Source: Corallococcus sp. EGB
GTDB lineage: Bacteria > Myxococcota > Myxococcia > Myxococcales > Myxococcaceae
DNA: 64,000 nucleotides
NCBI RefSeq assembly: GCF_019968905.1
Contig: NZ_CP079946.1
Span: 5,857,356-5,921,355 of the forward strand
Reading direction: 5' to 3'
In this document: positions 1 through 9,606 of the stretch, piece after piece
How positions within the stretch are numbered: position 1 is the stretch's first letter
Layout: each line of letters starts with the position of its first letter
The notes under the pieces: model-generated
What the model was told of the DNA's origin: nothing
Databases searched by the model: none
What the model saw: the letters and a program-made list of their open reading frames with translations, nothing else
Made by a program: the position numbers and the translations under genes

Positions 1-869
1 CCGATGCTCAGGTCCGAGTTGCCCACCCCGGACAGCGTGAGGGCGGACGTCGCGTCCCCACCCGGCAGGAGCGCCTTCTGGAGGTTCGCGGTGGCCGTCA
101 GGCGCCCCGTGATGTCCGTGGGGTACTTGATGCCGTAGCGGTCGCGGCTGTTGCGGCGGATTTCGACGAACTGGACCTCGGAGAGGATCATCCGCTTGAT
201 GCCGACGACGAGCAGGTTCTCCACCTTCTCACCGATGGCCTTGGTGATCAGCTCCGCCTTCTGGAGGTCCTGCTGGCTCTCCACGGAGCCCTCCAGGAAG
301 ATGGTCGCGCCCACCACGTTGGCCTGGACGTTCTTCAGGCCCGCCTTCTGGAAGGCCGCGTTCAGGTTCTGCGCCACCAGCTTCTTGGCGTTGGGGGCGA
401 TCTTCACGAACGACTTCACGTTCGGATACAGGCTGACCACCTGCTCGATGCGGTCCGCGTCCTGCGTGGTGTAGGCCTGACCGTCCAGGTAGATGCGGTC
501 GCCCACCATGCGCACGGACACGCCTTCGATTTCACCCAGCAGGCGCTTGATCTCGGAGATGACCTCGTTGGGGTCCTGCTTGCGGACCGTCACCAGGTAG
601 CTGATGCGCTGACCCGAGGACTTCCAGACGAGCAGCGTCGTCTTGCCTTCCTGGTTGCCGGTGACGAGCAGCTGGCCGGTGCCGAGCGTCTTCACCTCGG
701 CGATGGAAGGATCACCCAGCGCGACGCGGCTGAGGCCGGGAATGGTGAGCACCTTCTGGGTACCCACGCCCAGGGCGACGGAGCTGCCCTCCTGGGCCTG
801 GGCGGGAGCGCTGGCAACCACCGTGACGACGGCGCCGAGCGCCAGGGCTTGCGTGAAGCGAGTGGACAT
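1..869 (-). CDS. cpaC: Tad/Flp pilus secretin, CpaC/RcpA family (N-terminal ~289 aa in window; C-terminus lies beyond window start)
   Basis: Minus-strand ORF running off the window edge, ATG at 869 preceded by GAAGGGGA. Translation MSTRFTQALALGAVVTVV... has a signal peptide, a pilus-formation N-terminal region, a BON-like segment (ISEIKRLLGEIEGVSVRMVGDRIYLDG) and the start of secretin N/secretin domains. Confidence 0.75.
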   Translation of the reverse strand, partial: MSTRFTQALALGAVVTVVASAPAQAQEGSSVALGVGTQKVLTIPGLSRVALGDPSIAEVKTLGTGQLLVTGNQEGKTTLLVWKSSGQRISYLVTVRKQDPNEVISEIKRLLGEIEGVSVRMVGDRIYLDGQAYTTQDADRIEQVVSLYPNVKSFVKIAPNAKKLVAQNLNAAFQKAGLKNVQANVVGATIFLEGSVESQQDLQKAELITKAIGEKVENLLVVGIKRMILSEVQFVEIRRNSRDRYGIKYPTDITGRLTATANLQKALLPGGDATSALTLSGVGNSDLSI

Positions 870-915
870 CGTGTGAATCCCCTTCTTGCGTACGCGCGCC
901 CGGCCTGACGGCGCG

Positions 916-1452
916 CTATCCCAGATGTTGTTGCTGCCACCACATGGCCCAGAAAGTCCCAAGCGCGATGGAGACGCCGTAGGGGATGTGTCGCGCGGGA
1001 GCGGGCGAGGTTTCCTCCCGCATCCATTTCATCCGCACCGCCCAGCGGCGGGCCACCGCCGCCAGCGTGTCCCAGACGGCCCCCTGCCACAGCAGCGTGA
1101 CGATGGCCTGCAGCGCGCCCGTGAGCGAGATGAAGGCCGCCGCCGCGAGCACCGTGGGAAAGCCCAACACGCAGCCCACCCCCGCCATCAGCTTGACGTC
1201 ACCCCACCCCATGCGCCCGCGCAGCGCACCCGGCACCAGCAGCAGCGCGAGTCCCGCGCCCGCCACGAGCCCGCTCACCCACCCCGACTCCAGCCCGCCC
1301 ATCCCCTCGGACACACCGCGCAGCCCGAGCCCCAGCACGATGAGCGGATAGGTCACGGCGTTCGGGATGAGCCGGCGCAGAACGTCGGTCACCACCGAGA
1401 TCACCAGGGCCACTCCCAGAATCGTCCAAAGCGCGAGCTGAACAGGTGTCAT
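916..1452 (-). CDS. cpaA: Prepilin peptidase, A24 family (CpaA/TadV-like)
   Basis: 178 aa multi-TM protein with ATG start. Hydrophobic helices and conserved Asp-containing motifs typical of Flp prepilin peptidases; sits next to the secretin gene. Confidence 0.75.
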   Translation of the reverse strand: MTPVQLALWTILGVALVISVVTDVLRRLIPNAVTYPLIVLGLGLRGVSEGMGGLESGWVSGLVAGAGLALLLVPGALRGRMGWGDVKLMAGVGCVLGFPTVLAAAAFISLTGALQAIVTLLWQGAVWDTLAAVARRWAVRMKWMREETSPAPARHIPYGVSIALGTFWAMWWQQQHLG

Positions 1453-1564
1453 TCGACACCTGCTTCCATGGGAAGCAGGCGACCCCCATCAAACAATGGA
1501 GGCCCGGAGCCCGTCAATTCCTGAACAGGAGCATCGCGCCGTGGGGCCCTGCGTCATCCCGGCG

Positions 1565-2425
1565 TCAGTGGATGACGAGGCGGATCTTCTCGCTGCAGAT
1601 GAAGTACTCGTCCCCGTCTTCAACCTTGCGGCGCTTGATGCGCTGCTTGTTGAACCAGGTCCCGTTCGAGGAGCCGAGGTCCTCGATGTAGAAGTCTCCG
1701 CCGTCGCGGGCGATGACGGCGTGCTCGCGCGACACCTTGCCGGAGTTGATGACGAAGTCGCAGTGCTTGCCGCGGCCGATGACGTAGCGGTCCTTGACGA
1801 TCTTCTCCTGCTCGCCGGACTCGGTGACGAGGTAGAGCGAGGCGCCCTCCTCCTCCTCGTCCGCCTCCTCCATGGGCTCCTCTTCGGCCTCTTCGGGAGC
1901 CTCGTCCTGCATGTCGTCGAGCGGCGGCTCCTCCTGCTCCGGCAGGGGCTCCTCCTCGTCCTCGATCATGTCGTCCGCGGCGGGCGGGGGCGGCTCGTTC
2001 TTGCCCTTGATGAGCCGCTCCAGCTCGGCGGCCGTCTCCAGGACGCGCTCGGCGACCTCGCGGCGCACCGGATCATTGTCCAGCCCGTTGGAGGACGGGC
2101 GCTCGTCCACGTTGCGCGCGGCGGGGCGTGCGGGCGGCGGAGCGGGGCTCAGCACCGGCGGAGCGCCCTTGGCGGCGGCGGCCGGAGCCGGCGCGGCGGC
2201 AGGACGCGCGGCCGGGGCGGACGCGGCGGCCGGCACCGCCGCCACGACGGGCTCGCCCTTGGTCCTCACTTCGATGAAGCCGTTGAGGCGCGCGAACATG
2301 AAGAGCGCCTGGTTGATGAGCGCGTCGCGATCCGACCCCATCTGCAGGGCCATCTCTTCGTACGTCTCCCACAGGTGCTCGGCGATGCCGACCTTGCGTG
2401 CGGGACGGGAGTTCTGATCGATCAT
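1565..2425 (-). CDS. FHA domain-containing protein (C-terminal FHA, acidic/Pro-Ala-rich linker)
   Basis: 286 aa. C-terminal ~100 aa YVIGRGKHCDFVINSGKVSREHAVIARDGGDFYIEDLGSSNGTWFNKQRI is a canonical FHA fold motif; ATG start at 2425. Confidence 0.75.
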   Translation of the reverse strand: MIDQNSRPARKVGIAEHLWETYEEMALQMGSDRDALINQALFMFARLNGFIEVRTKGEPVVAAVPAAASAPAARPAAAPAPAAAAKGAPPVLSPAPPPARPAARNVDERPSSNGLDNDPVRREVAERVLETAAELERLIKGKNEPPPPAADDMIEDEEEPLPEQEEPPLDDMQDEAPEEAEEEPMEEADEEEEGASLYLVTESGEQEKIVKDRYVIGRGKHCDFVINSGKVSREHAVIARDGGDFYIEDLGSSNGTWFNKQRIKRRKVEDGDEYFICSEKIRLVIH

Positions 2426-2488
2426 CGGTCTTGGCTCGGGAAATGCTGGACGTGGGGAACGATAGCAGAGCCGGCCGGGCGCGCCCAG

Positions 2489-4762
2489 TTACTGGAACGC
2501 CCGGAGATACGTGAGGTTGTCCACGTTGTCGCTGATCGACTCCAGGGCCACCTGGAGGATGCCGTCCGCCGAGGGGTACGCGACGTAGGCCAGGCTGGAG
2601 CCCGCCACGTCCGCGGCGACCACCGATGAAGGCAGGGTGTAGACCGACAGGTTGCTCGCCGAGCTGGTATCCACGCCGAAGACGAACCGGCGGAAGCGCG
2701 GCTGCAGCGTCACCACGAAGCGGTCCCCCGCCGCCAGCCGGCACCCGGTGTTGGGCGCGCAGATGGTCGGCGTCAGCGTGAGCGTCAACGGCGGCGGCAC
2801 GTACTTCGTGGGCGACGTGGGCGAAGGCAGGCCCAGGTCGAAGTCGTTCGGGTGGTAGTAGTAGTCCAGGAACCGGGAGACCGTGTACGGCTCGTTCACG
2901 TCCAGCCGCTGCACGTACGTGTCGCTGCTCTCCAGGCCCGCGTAGAGCACGAAGGGCTTCACGTTCGGGCCCGCGCGCACGTCGAACGAGGGGTACGACG
3001 CGCACGGCGCCACGGCCTCGACGACGGCCGGGTTGGACAGGTCCGGATAGAGGCGCGTCAGGCCATTGCCCTGGTCCTCCAGGCGGAGGATGGGGATGCT
3101 CGCCGCGCAGGGGCCCGCGTTGTTGGCCAGCACGATGGAGTCCCCGGGCACCACCCCGCGCGCCATCGCCAGCGACGTTTCGATGAGGAGCGGCGGATCC
3201 TCCTGGGTCACGTCGCGCCTGAGGCCGATGAGTCCGGGCAGCAGGCCCTGGTAGACGAAGCGGTACGTCCCGCCAGGCACCGTCCCGTTGCAGAGGAACG
3301 CGGTGATGTTGGTCGTCCCGTTCACCAGGGGGCAGCCCGGCTCGTTCACGACGACGCCCTGGGCCTGGTCCGTGCGGGAGACCTCAGTGCCGTCGCGCAG
3401 GTCCGAGGCCACCGACGCGTCCAGCGGCCCCTTTTGGGGATCGGGATTGCGATCCAGGTTGAACGCGCGGCGCTCGTCGGCGCGGAACAGGGTGATCTCC
3501 CCGCTGGACGACGGCATGATGCCCAGCAGCGGGATGGTGGTGAGGTAGGCCACGCCGTCCGACAGCAGCTCGCGGACCTGGAGCCCCGTGACCAGGGTGA
3601 GGCCCGTGGGCAGGCCCGCGGTCGGCCGCAGGGTCAGCATGGGCGCGCCGGTGACGTCGCGGGCGAGCGATGGCGTCGTGGACGGCGCCACCGACGGATC
3701 CGGCACGTTGTCGAGCGCGATGACGCCCTCGCAGTCCGACGAGTTGCACGTCAGCTCATCCAGCACCGCGAACACGAAGCGGCCCGCGGGCCAGGTCTCG
3801 ATGCAGATCGTCGAGGTGATGGTACCGTCCTCGGCCTTCACAGGCCTCTCCGTGCTACCGGCCGGGCATGCCCCATTCACCTTGTCCTTCTGCACTTCGT
3901 ACATGGGGTTCGTGGCCACGAGCCGCGCCGGGATGTCCACCAGGTCCGTGTACGTGGGCACCGTGAAGGGCGCCGGGCGCGGCCGCTTGTAGGCGACCTC
4001 CACGTTGGTCCCGTCCGCCACGACGCGCACGAGCCGGCTGGTGCCGGACACGTTGCGGATGGCGACCACCAGCGAGTCCGTCACGTTTTCCTGCGGGGGC
4101 AGCGAGATCATGGACATCACCGTGTCCGCCGGCTTGAGGCAGAAGACAGGCAGCGCGGGGGGCAGCGCGGCCGCGTCGAAGCCGTCCGGTCCGGGCAGGT
4201 CCTGGCGCATCACCACCCCACCCCCAAAGGGGCCGCACAGCTGCTCGGCGGCCTCCGGGCGTGTCTGGAGCGCGTAGTACAGGACGCTGGGCGCGCCGGG
4301 CGCCACGGGGGCGTGCGCGGCGAAGGCCGTGATGAGCTGGCCGGTCGCCAGGCGCGTCACCTCGTTGAGGCGCGCGCGGTCCGCGGCCACCACGGAGATG
4401 CCGCGGCCGCCGGAGCTGCGCGCGTAGACGTACGGGCCCGACACCTCGTTGCCGTTGGCGTCGTAGCCCACGTCGCGGGTGAGCGAGTCCGGCCGCGCGA
4501 TGACGGGGATGGACAGGGGCTCCAGCGGGTTGGGCGCGGGGATGAACTCACGCGGCGAGCGCGCCAGGTCCAGCACCCGCAGCTCATCCCGGTCCTGCGA
4601 GGTGACGAAGATGAGCTGGTTGGAGAGCACCACGTCGTACGTGCCGGAAAGGCCGGCGGCGCCCGCGGTGGAGGTGGTGTTGGAGCAGGCGAGCGCGAGG
4701 CTCGCGCCGCTCAGCAACAGGGCAGCAAGAAAGCCGCGCTTCAAGGTCGGTTCTCCTGGCAC
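2489..4762 (-). CDS. Large lipoprotein, YVTN/beta-propeller-like repeats
   Basis: 757 aa. N-terminal signal peptide with lipobox (LALAC) and repeated YVYA/FVTS-type beta-propeller blades. GTG start at 4762 overlaps the stop of the upstream paralog. Confidence 0.6.
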   Translation of the reverse strand: MPGEPTLKRGFLAALLLSGASLALACSNTTSTAGAAGLSGTYDVVLSNQLIFVTSQDRDELRVLDLARSPREFIPAPNPLEPLSIPVIARPDSLTRDVGYDANGNEVSGPYVYARSSGGRGISVVAADRARLNEVTRLATGQLITAFAAHAPVAPGAPSVLYYALQTRPEAAEQLCGPFGGGVVMRQDLPGPDGFDAAALPPALPVFCLKPADTVMSMISLPPQENVTDSLVVAIRNVSGTSRLVRVVADGTNVEVAYKRPRPAPFTVPTYTDLVDIPARLVATNPMYEVQKDKVNGACPAGSTERPVKAEDGTITSTICIETWPAGRFVFAVLDELTCNSSDCEGVIALDNVPDPSVAPSTTPSLARDVTGAPMLTLRPTAGLPTGLTLVTGLQVRELLSDGVAYLTTIPLLGIMPSSSGEITLFRADERRAFNLDRNPDPQKGPLDASVASDLRDGTEVSRTDQAQGVVVNEPGCPLVNGTTNITAFLCNGTVPGGTYRFVYQGLLPGLIGLRRDVTQEDPPLLIETSLAMARGVVPGDSIVLANNAGPCAASIPILRLEDQGNGLTRLYPDLSNPAVVEAVAPCASYPSFDVRAGPNVKPFVLYAGLESSDTYVQRLDVNEPYTVSRFLDYYYHPNDFDLGLPSPTSPTKYVPPPLTLTLTPTICAPNTGCRLAAGDRFVVTLQPRFRRFVFGVDTSSASNLSVYTLPSSVVAADVAGSSLAYVAYPSADGILQVALESISDNVDNLTYLRAFQ

Positions 4763-6276
4763 ACGCTGGTGCCCTGGTTCGGATCGCGCTGCTGCTGGAT
4801 GCCCAGCTTCGCCACCAGCCGCGCGTCCTGGGGACGCGCCAGGTCGGGGATGTCCACGATGGCCACCTGGCTGTCACCGAAGTTGGTCACGAACATCCGC
4901 GCCGCGTTCGTCCCGGCGGGGTTGTCCACCGTCAGCCCGAAGGCCTGAGACGGGTTGCTGGTCTGGTTGAGGTTGTTGACGAGCGGCACCTGCGCCACGA
5001 CCTGCCCGAGCGCCTCATCGTAGAGGGACACCGCGCTGTCGCCGGTGCTCGTCACCGCGATGATGTTGGTGTCCGCGTTGGACGTACCCGGCGTGCGCGA
5101 GATGAGCTCCATGTCGCTCACGCCATCAGGCATGGGCACCGCGGACACCACCCGGAAGAACGGCTGGGTGGCGGCGGCGCCAGGGACCGCGTCGTACTCG
5201 AAGTCGATGGTGAGCAGCGTGTCGGGGCCGCGCGCCAGCAGGTAGAGCCGCTCTCGCACGAAGTTCGGACGCGCCGCCAGCTCCGCCGCCGTCACCGGCC
5301 GGGGCACCACGCGCGCCGCGCGCGCCTCGCGGATGCGGAACACCGACTTCAGCGAAGGCTCCAGGATGATGCCGGTCTCGTTCTTGTCCACCAGCCGCAG
5401 CACGAAGTTGGCGGCCACCGTGCCGTTGACCCCGGCCACGAAGTTGCGGCCCGTCACGTAGAGGTAGCCCGCGCCCACCGTCACCGAATCCGAGCCGCCG
5501 TAGGCGAAGCCGTTGGGCGACAACGGGATGAAGCCCAGCGTGTCCCGCGTGGGGTTGTCCAGCTTCACCGTGGCCAGATAGCTCTCGAAGTTCTTGCTGG
5601 ACTTCGCCGGCGAGTCCGCCGCCTCCGAGTGCGTCACGTACAGGTTGCCGCTCGCGTCATCCACCGTCACGCCAATGGGCGACGGGGCGCGCGGCAGGCC
5701 GGAGCGGCCCTCGTCGCTGAGGGACGAAGGGATGTCATCCGTGAGCGACAGCGCGCCATTGCGGCAGTCCTTGCCACCCTGCACGCAGGTGAGCGTGGGC
5801 GCGCCGCCAGCCTCCAGGCCCACGTCCACGGCGTTCAGGTTGTTCCCCTCCGCTCGCGAGGGCACGAACAGGCGTGGCAGCCCGGTCGCCGGGTTCACCC
5901 ACAGGCCCAGCTCGCCCGCGAAGCTGCGGATCTGCACGAGCGACTCCTGCGCGGACGACAGGTCCTCGAAGGCGAGCGCGGAGTCCGGGAGCGCGCTGCC
6001 CAGGTGGGGCAGCGCGACCGCCTGCCCGTCCTGTTGCGTGCGCATCGCCTCCAGGTTCAGCGCCATCACCGAACCGGAGTCGTAGCAGTTGTCGAAGTTG
6101 GCGTTCGCGAGGAAGAGGTAGCCGTTGCTCGCTGCCGGGCCGCCCGCCGCTGGAGGGCGCCAGAACGCCACCCCGCTGGGGTACACGAAGCGGGTGGACG
6201 GAGGCGGGTTCGGTTCGGATTCAATCGAACACGCCCCGAGGAGCAGCAGCGCGGGAGTCAGGAAGTAGAGGCGCAT
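4741..6276 (-). CDS. Lipoprotein, YVTN beta-propeller family (paralog of 2489..4762)
   Basis: Track ORF 4741..6414. The internal ATG at 6276 gives MRLYFLTPALLLLGACS (lipobox). Motifs GNLYVTHSEA and MFVTNFGDSQVAIVDI are typical of YVTN propeller repeats. Start choice is uncertain. Confidence 0.55.
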   Translation of the reverse strand: MRLYFLTPALLLLGACSIESEPNPPPSTRFVYPSGVAFWRPPAAGGPAASNGYLFLANANFDNCYDSGSVMALNLEAMRTQQDGQAVALPHLGSALPDSALAFEDLSSAQESLVQIRSFAGELGLWVNPATGLPRLFVPSRAEGNNLNAVDVGLEAGGAPTLTCVQGGKDCRNGALSLTDDIPSSLSDEGRSGLPRAPSPIGVTVDDASGNLYVTHSEAADSPAKSSKNFESYLATVKLDNPTRDTLGFIPLSPNGFAYGGSDSVTVGAGYLYVTGRNFVAGVNGTVAANFVLRLVDKNETGIILEPSLKSVFRIREARAARVVPRPVTAAELAARPNFVRERLYLLARGPDTLLTIDFEYDAVPGAAATQPFFRVVSAVPMPDGVSDMELISRTPGTSNADTNIIAVTSTGDSAVSLYDEALGQVVAQVPLVNNLNQTSNPSQAFGLTVDNPAGTNAARMFVTNFGDSQVAIVDIPDLARPQDARLVAKLGIQQQRDPNQGTSVCQENRP

Positions 6277-6435
6277 CAGAGGGGGGCGGAGTGTAGGAAC
6301 GCCGCCCCGCCCCGGGCAACTGAATAGGGCCATGGCTATTCCCGGTCGCCCTCCCGCGGACATCCACCCCCGTCCGGAAGGCGTGCGCCGCTCCCCTGGA
6401 GGGGGAACGGGCACGCTCCGGCGGTGAAGCGGCGG

Positions 6436-8535
6436 TCAGGCCTCGGCCTGGATCTTGGAAAAGTCCGCCACCTGGTTGAACAGGGCGCCAATCTCCGTGA
6501 GGAACCGGATGCGGTTTTCCCGCAGGTCCTTGTCCTCGGCCATCACCATCACCTTGTCGAAGAAGGTATCCACGGCGGGCTTCAGGCTGGTGATCTCCTT
6601 GAGCGCGCTGGCGAAGTCGTCCGCGCGCACATGCTCGCCCACCCTGGCGCGCGCCTGGGTGAAGGCGGTGTGGAGGTTCTTCTCCGGCTCGTCCGTGAAG
6701 CGCTGCGGGTTGGTCTGCCCGCCGGCCACGTCCTTGCCCTGCTTCTCCACGATGTTGACCACGCGCTTGAACGCCGCGGCCAGCGGCTGGAAGTCCGCAT
6801 GGCCCACGAGCACGCTCAGGGCATCCAGGCGCTTCTTCGCCGCCACCAGGTCGTCGAAGCCCACGGCCAGCACCGCCTCCACGACGTCCGTGCGGTGCTG
6901 CTCGCCCCACAGCGCCTTGAGGCGGCCGCGGAAGAACTCCAGCACCTGCTCGCGCGGGGCCGCCTCACCCGGCTTGCGCTTCACGTTGGCCAGCTTGGGG
7001 GCCAGGAGGCGCAGCGCCTCGTCCACCGCGGCGGACAGACTGAAGCGGTAGCCGCGCCCCAGCACGATGCGGATGATGGACAGACACGCGCGGCGCAGCG
7101 CGAACGGATCCGCCGCGCCCGACGGCGCCTTGCCGATGGCGAAGATGCCGCACAGCGAGTCCAGCCGGTCCGCCAGGCCGATGAGCGCGCCCGCGTCCTG
7201 CGACGGCAGCGCGTCCTCCGCGCCGCGGGGCAGGTAGTGCTCGAAGATGGCCAGGGCCACCGCCTCGGGCTCGCCGCCCGCGCGCGCGTACTCGCGGCCC
7301 ATCACGCCCTGGAGCTCCGGGAACTCGCCCACCATGCCGGTGACGAGGTCCGCCTTGGACAGCGTGGCGGCGCGCTCCACCGTGGCGGACTCCCCTGCCC
7401 TGCCCGTGGCCTGGGCCAGCCAGAGCGCCAGCGAGCGGAAGCGCTCCACCTTCTCCAGGTACGTGCCCAGCTGCCCCTGCCACACCACGCGGCCCAGCTT
7501 CTCCACGCGGTCGGCCAGCGGGGCGCGGCGATCCTCGTCGAAGAAGAAGCGCCCGTCCGCGAGCCGCGCCGCCAGCACGCGCTGGTAGCCGCGCAGGGAC
7601 AGCTGCTCGTCGCGCACCGGCGTATTGGACACGGCGATGAAGCGCGGCAGCAGCTTCCCCTTCGCGTCCGTCAGCGAGAAGTAGCGCTGGTGGCTCTTCA
7701 TCTCCTGCACCAGCACCTCCGGCGGCAGGTCCAGGTGGCGCTCCTCGAAGCGGCCCACCACGGGGCTCGGCAGCTCCACCAGGTTCGTCACCTGGTCCAC
7801 CAGCCCCTCGTCCTCCAGCAGCTGCGCGCCCTCGGCCTTCGCCGCGGCGGTCACCCTGCGCACCAGCTCCGCGCGGCGCTTCGCGATGTCCGCCACCACG
7901 TGCGCCTTCTCCAGCGCGGCCTCGTAGTCCGACGGCGCCTTCAGCACGATGGGGCCCGGCGCGAGGAAGCGGTGGCCGTAGGTCGTCCGGCCCGCCTTCA
8001 CGTCGCCCAGCACCACCGGCAGCTCCGTGTCGCCCAGCAGCGCCACCATCCACTGCACCGGGCGGGCGAACGCCGTGTCCACGTCACCCCAGCGCATGGA
8101 CTTCTTGAAGTTGATGCCGTGCACCGCCGCGTGCACCGCGTCCTGGAGGATGGCCTCCGCCGGACGGCCCTTCTCCTCCACGCGCGCGGAGACGTACTCG
8201 CCCTTGGCCGTGGTGGTGCGCCCGAGCGCGTCCACGGACAGCTTGAGCCCTTCGGCGAACTTCTCCGCCGCCTTGGTGGGCTTGCCCTGCGCGTCGAAGG
8301 CGGCCTTGGCGCTGGGGCCCAGGACCTCCTTCGTGATGTCCTCGCCCGCGTCCGCCACGTCGCGGACCCAGACGGCCAGCCGGCGCGGCGTGCCGAACGT
8401 GCGCACCGCGCCGTGCTTCAGGCGGGCATCGGCCATGCGCTCGGTGAGCACGCGCTTCAGGTCCTCCAGCGCGGGGAAGATGAACGACGCAGGGATCTCC
8501 TCGGACCCAATCTCCAGCAGCAGATCACGCGCCAC
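6436..8535 (-). CDS. glyS: Glycyl-tRNA synthetase beta subunit
   Basis: 699 aa. N-terminus [18 protein letters not shown] aligns to GlyS; GTG start. Confidence 0.95.
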   Translation of the reverse strand: MARDLLLEIGSEEIPASFIFPALEDLKRVLTERMADARLKHGAVRTFGTPRRLAVWVRDVADAGEDITKEVLGPSAKAAFDAQGKPTKAAEKFAEGLKLSVDALGRTTTAKGEYVSARVEEKGRPAEAILQDAVHAAVHGINFKKSMRWGDVDTAFARPVQWMVALLGDTELPVVLGDVKAGRTTYGHRFLAPGPIVLKAPSDYEAALEKAHVVADIAKRRAELVRRVTAAAKAEGAQLLEDEGLVDQVTNLVELPSPVVGRFEERHLDLPPEVLVQEMKSHQRYFSLTDAKGKLLPRFIAVSNTPVRDEQLSLRGYQRVLAARLADGRFFFDEDRRAPLADRVEKLGRVVWQGQLGTYLEKVERFRSLALWLAQATGRAGESATVERAATLSKADLVTGMVGEFPELQGVMGREYARAGGEPEAVALAIFEHYLPRGAEDALPSQDAGALIGLADRLDSLCGIFAIGKAPSGAADPFALRRACLSIIRIVLGRGYRFSLSAAVDEALRLLAPKLANVKRKPGEAAPREQVLEFFRGRLKALWGEQHRTDVVEAVLAVGFDDLVAAKKRLDALSVLVGHADFQPLAAAFKRVVNIVEKQGKDVAGGQTNPQRFTDEPEKNLHTAFTQARARVGEHVRADDFASALKEITSLKPAVDTFFDKVMVMAEDKDLRENRIRFLTEIGALFNQVADFSKIQAEA

Positions 8536-9517
8536 GGGACACCTCCGCCTTCTCCTTCTTCTCCACCGGCTTGTTGAGCTGCACCGTCTTCCAGTAGTCG
8601 CTGGCGGGCTTGCCCTCCAGCACCGGCGGCTGCTCGCCCACGGTCCACGGCGTCTTCGTCAGCGGGTAGCCCAGACGCTCGCGCATCTGCAGGTAGCCCT
8701 CCGCGCACAGGCGCGCGTTGTCACGCACGCGCTTGATGAAGTTGGCGCGCTCGGTGACGGAGATGGCGCCGCGCGCGTCCAGCAGGTTGAACGTGTGCGA
8801 GCACTTCAGCGCGTAGTCGTACGCGGGCAGCGGCAGGTGGCGCTCGATGAGCCGCTTGCACTCCTTCTCGTACGCGTCGAACAGCGAGAAGAGCATCTGC
8901 GGGTCGGACTCGTGGAGGGCGTACTTGCTCATCTCCACTTCGTTCGCGTGGAAGACCTCGCGGTACTTCACGCCCTTGACCCACTCGATGTCGTAGACGT
9001 TCTCCACGTTCTGCAGGTACATGATCAGGCGCTCGAGCCCGTACGTCAGCTCCGCGGCCACGGGGCGGCAGTCGAAGCCGCCGCACTGCTGGAAGTAGGT
9101 GAACTGCGTCACCTCCATCCCGTCGCACCACACCTCCCAGCCCAGGCCCCAGGCGCCCAGCGTGGGGGACTCCCAGTCGTCCTCGACGAAGCGGATGTCG
9201 TGCTCCAGGGGATCCATCCCCACCTTCCGGAGCGACTCCAGGTACAGCTCCTGGACGTTCTTGGGGGCGGGCTTGAGGATGACCTGGAACTGGTGGTGCT
9301 GGAACAGGCGGTTCGGGTTCTCACCGAAGCGGCCGTCGGCGGGGCGCCGCGAGGGCTGCACGTAGGCGACGTTCCAGGGCTCGGGACCGAGCGCGCGCAG
9401 GAACGTGTACGGGGCCATCGTGCCCGCGCCGACTTCCGTGTCGTACGACTGGGTGACGATGCATCCCTGGTCGGCCCAGTGCTTCTGGAGCGTGAGGATG
9501 AGGTCCTGGAAATACAT
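8525..9517 (-). CDS. glyQ: Glycyl-tRNA synthetase alpha subunit (with ~30 aa C-terminal extension)
   Basis: 330 aa. [17 protein letters not shown]...QFQVILKP...TQFTYFQQ are hallmark GlyQ motifs. Stop at 8525 overlaps the glyS start by 11 nt. Confidence 0.95.
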   Translation of the reverse strand: MYFQDLILTLQKHWADQGCIVTQSYDTEVGAGTMAPYTFLRALGPEPWNVAYVQPSRRPADGRFGENPNRLFQHHQFQVILKPAPKNVQELYLESLRKVGMDPLEHDIRFVEDDWESPTLGAWGLGWEVWCDGMEVTQFTYFQQCGGFDCRPVAAELTYGLERLIMYLQNVENVYDIEWVKGVKYREVFHANEVEMSKYALHESDPQMLFSLFDAYEKECKRLIERHLPLPAYDYALKCSHTFNLLDARGAISVTERANFIKRVRDNARLCAEGYLQMRERLGYPLTKTPWTVGEQPPVLEGKPASDYWKTVQLNKPVEKKEKAEVSRGA

Positions 9518-9606
9518 GTTGGCGAGTCCTTCTCGCAGTGCGTCGAAGGCGAAAGCGGAACGCGGCGGACCCTAGTGAGGGGGTCCAGGAGCGTCAAGGA
9601 CGGCGG

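Noticed and set aside
886-1524. 212-aa plus-strand ORF and 986..1351 (+) / 1199..1492 (-) ORFs overlapping the prepilin peptidase gene
   Set aside because: Low-complexity translations in alternative frames of a gene whose minus-strand product is a well-formed multi-TM A24 peptidase.
6424-8577. 717-aa plus-strand ORF antisense to glyS; also the 9538..11916 (+) ORF antisense to the Ser/Thr kinase and the 33009..34370 (+) ORF antisense to tuf
   Set aside because: Same GC-driven artefact; the true genes on the other strand have unmistakable conserved sequences.
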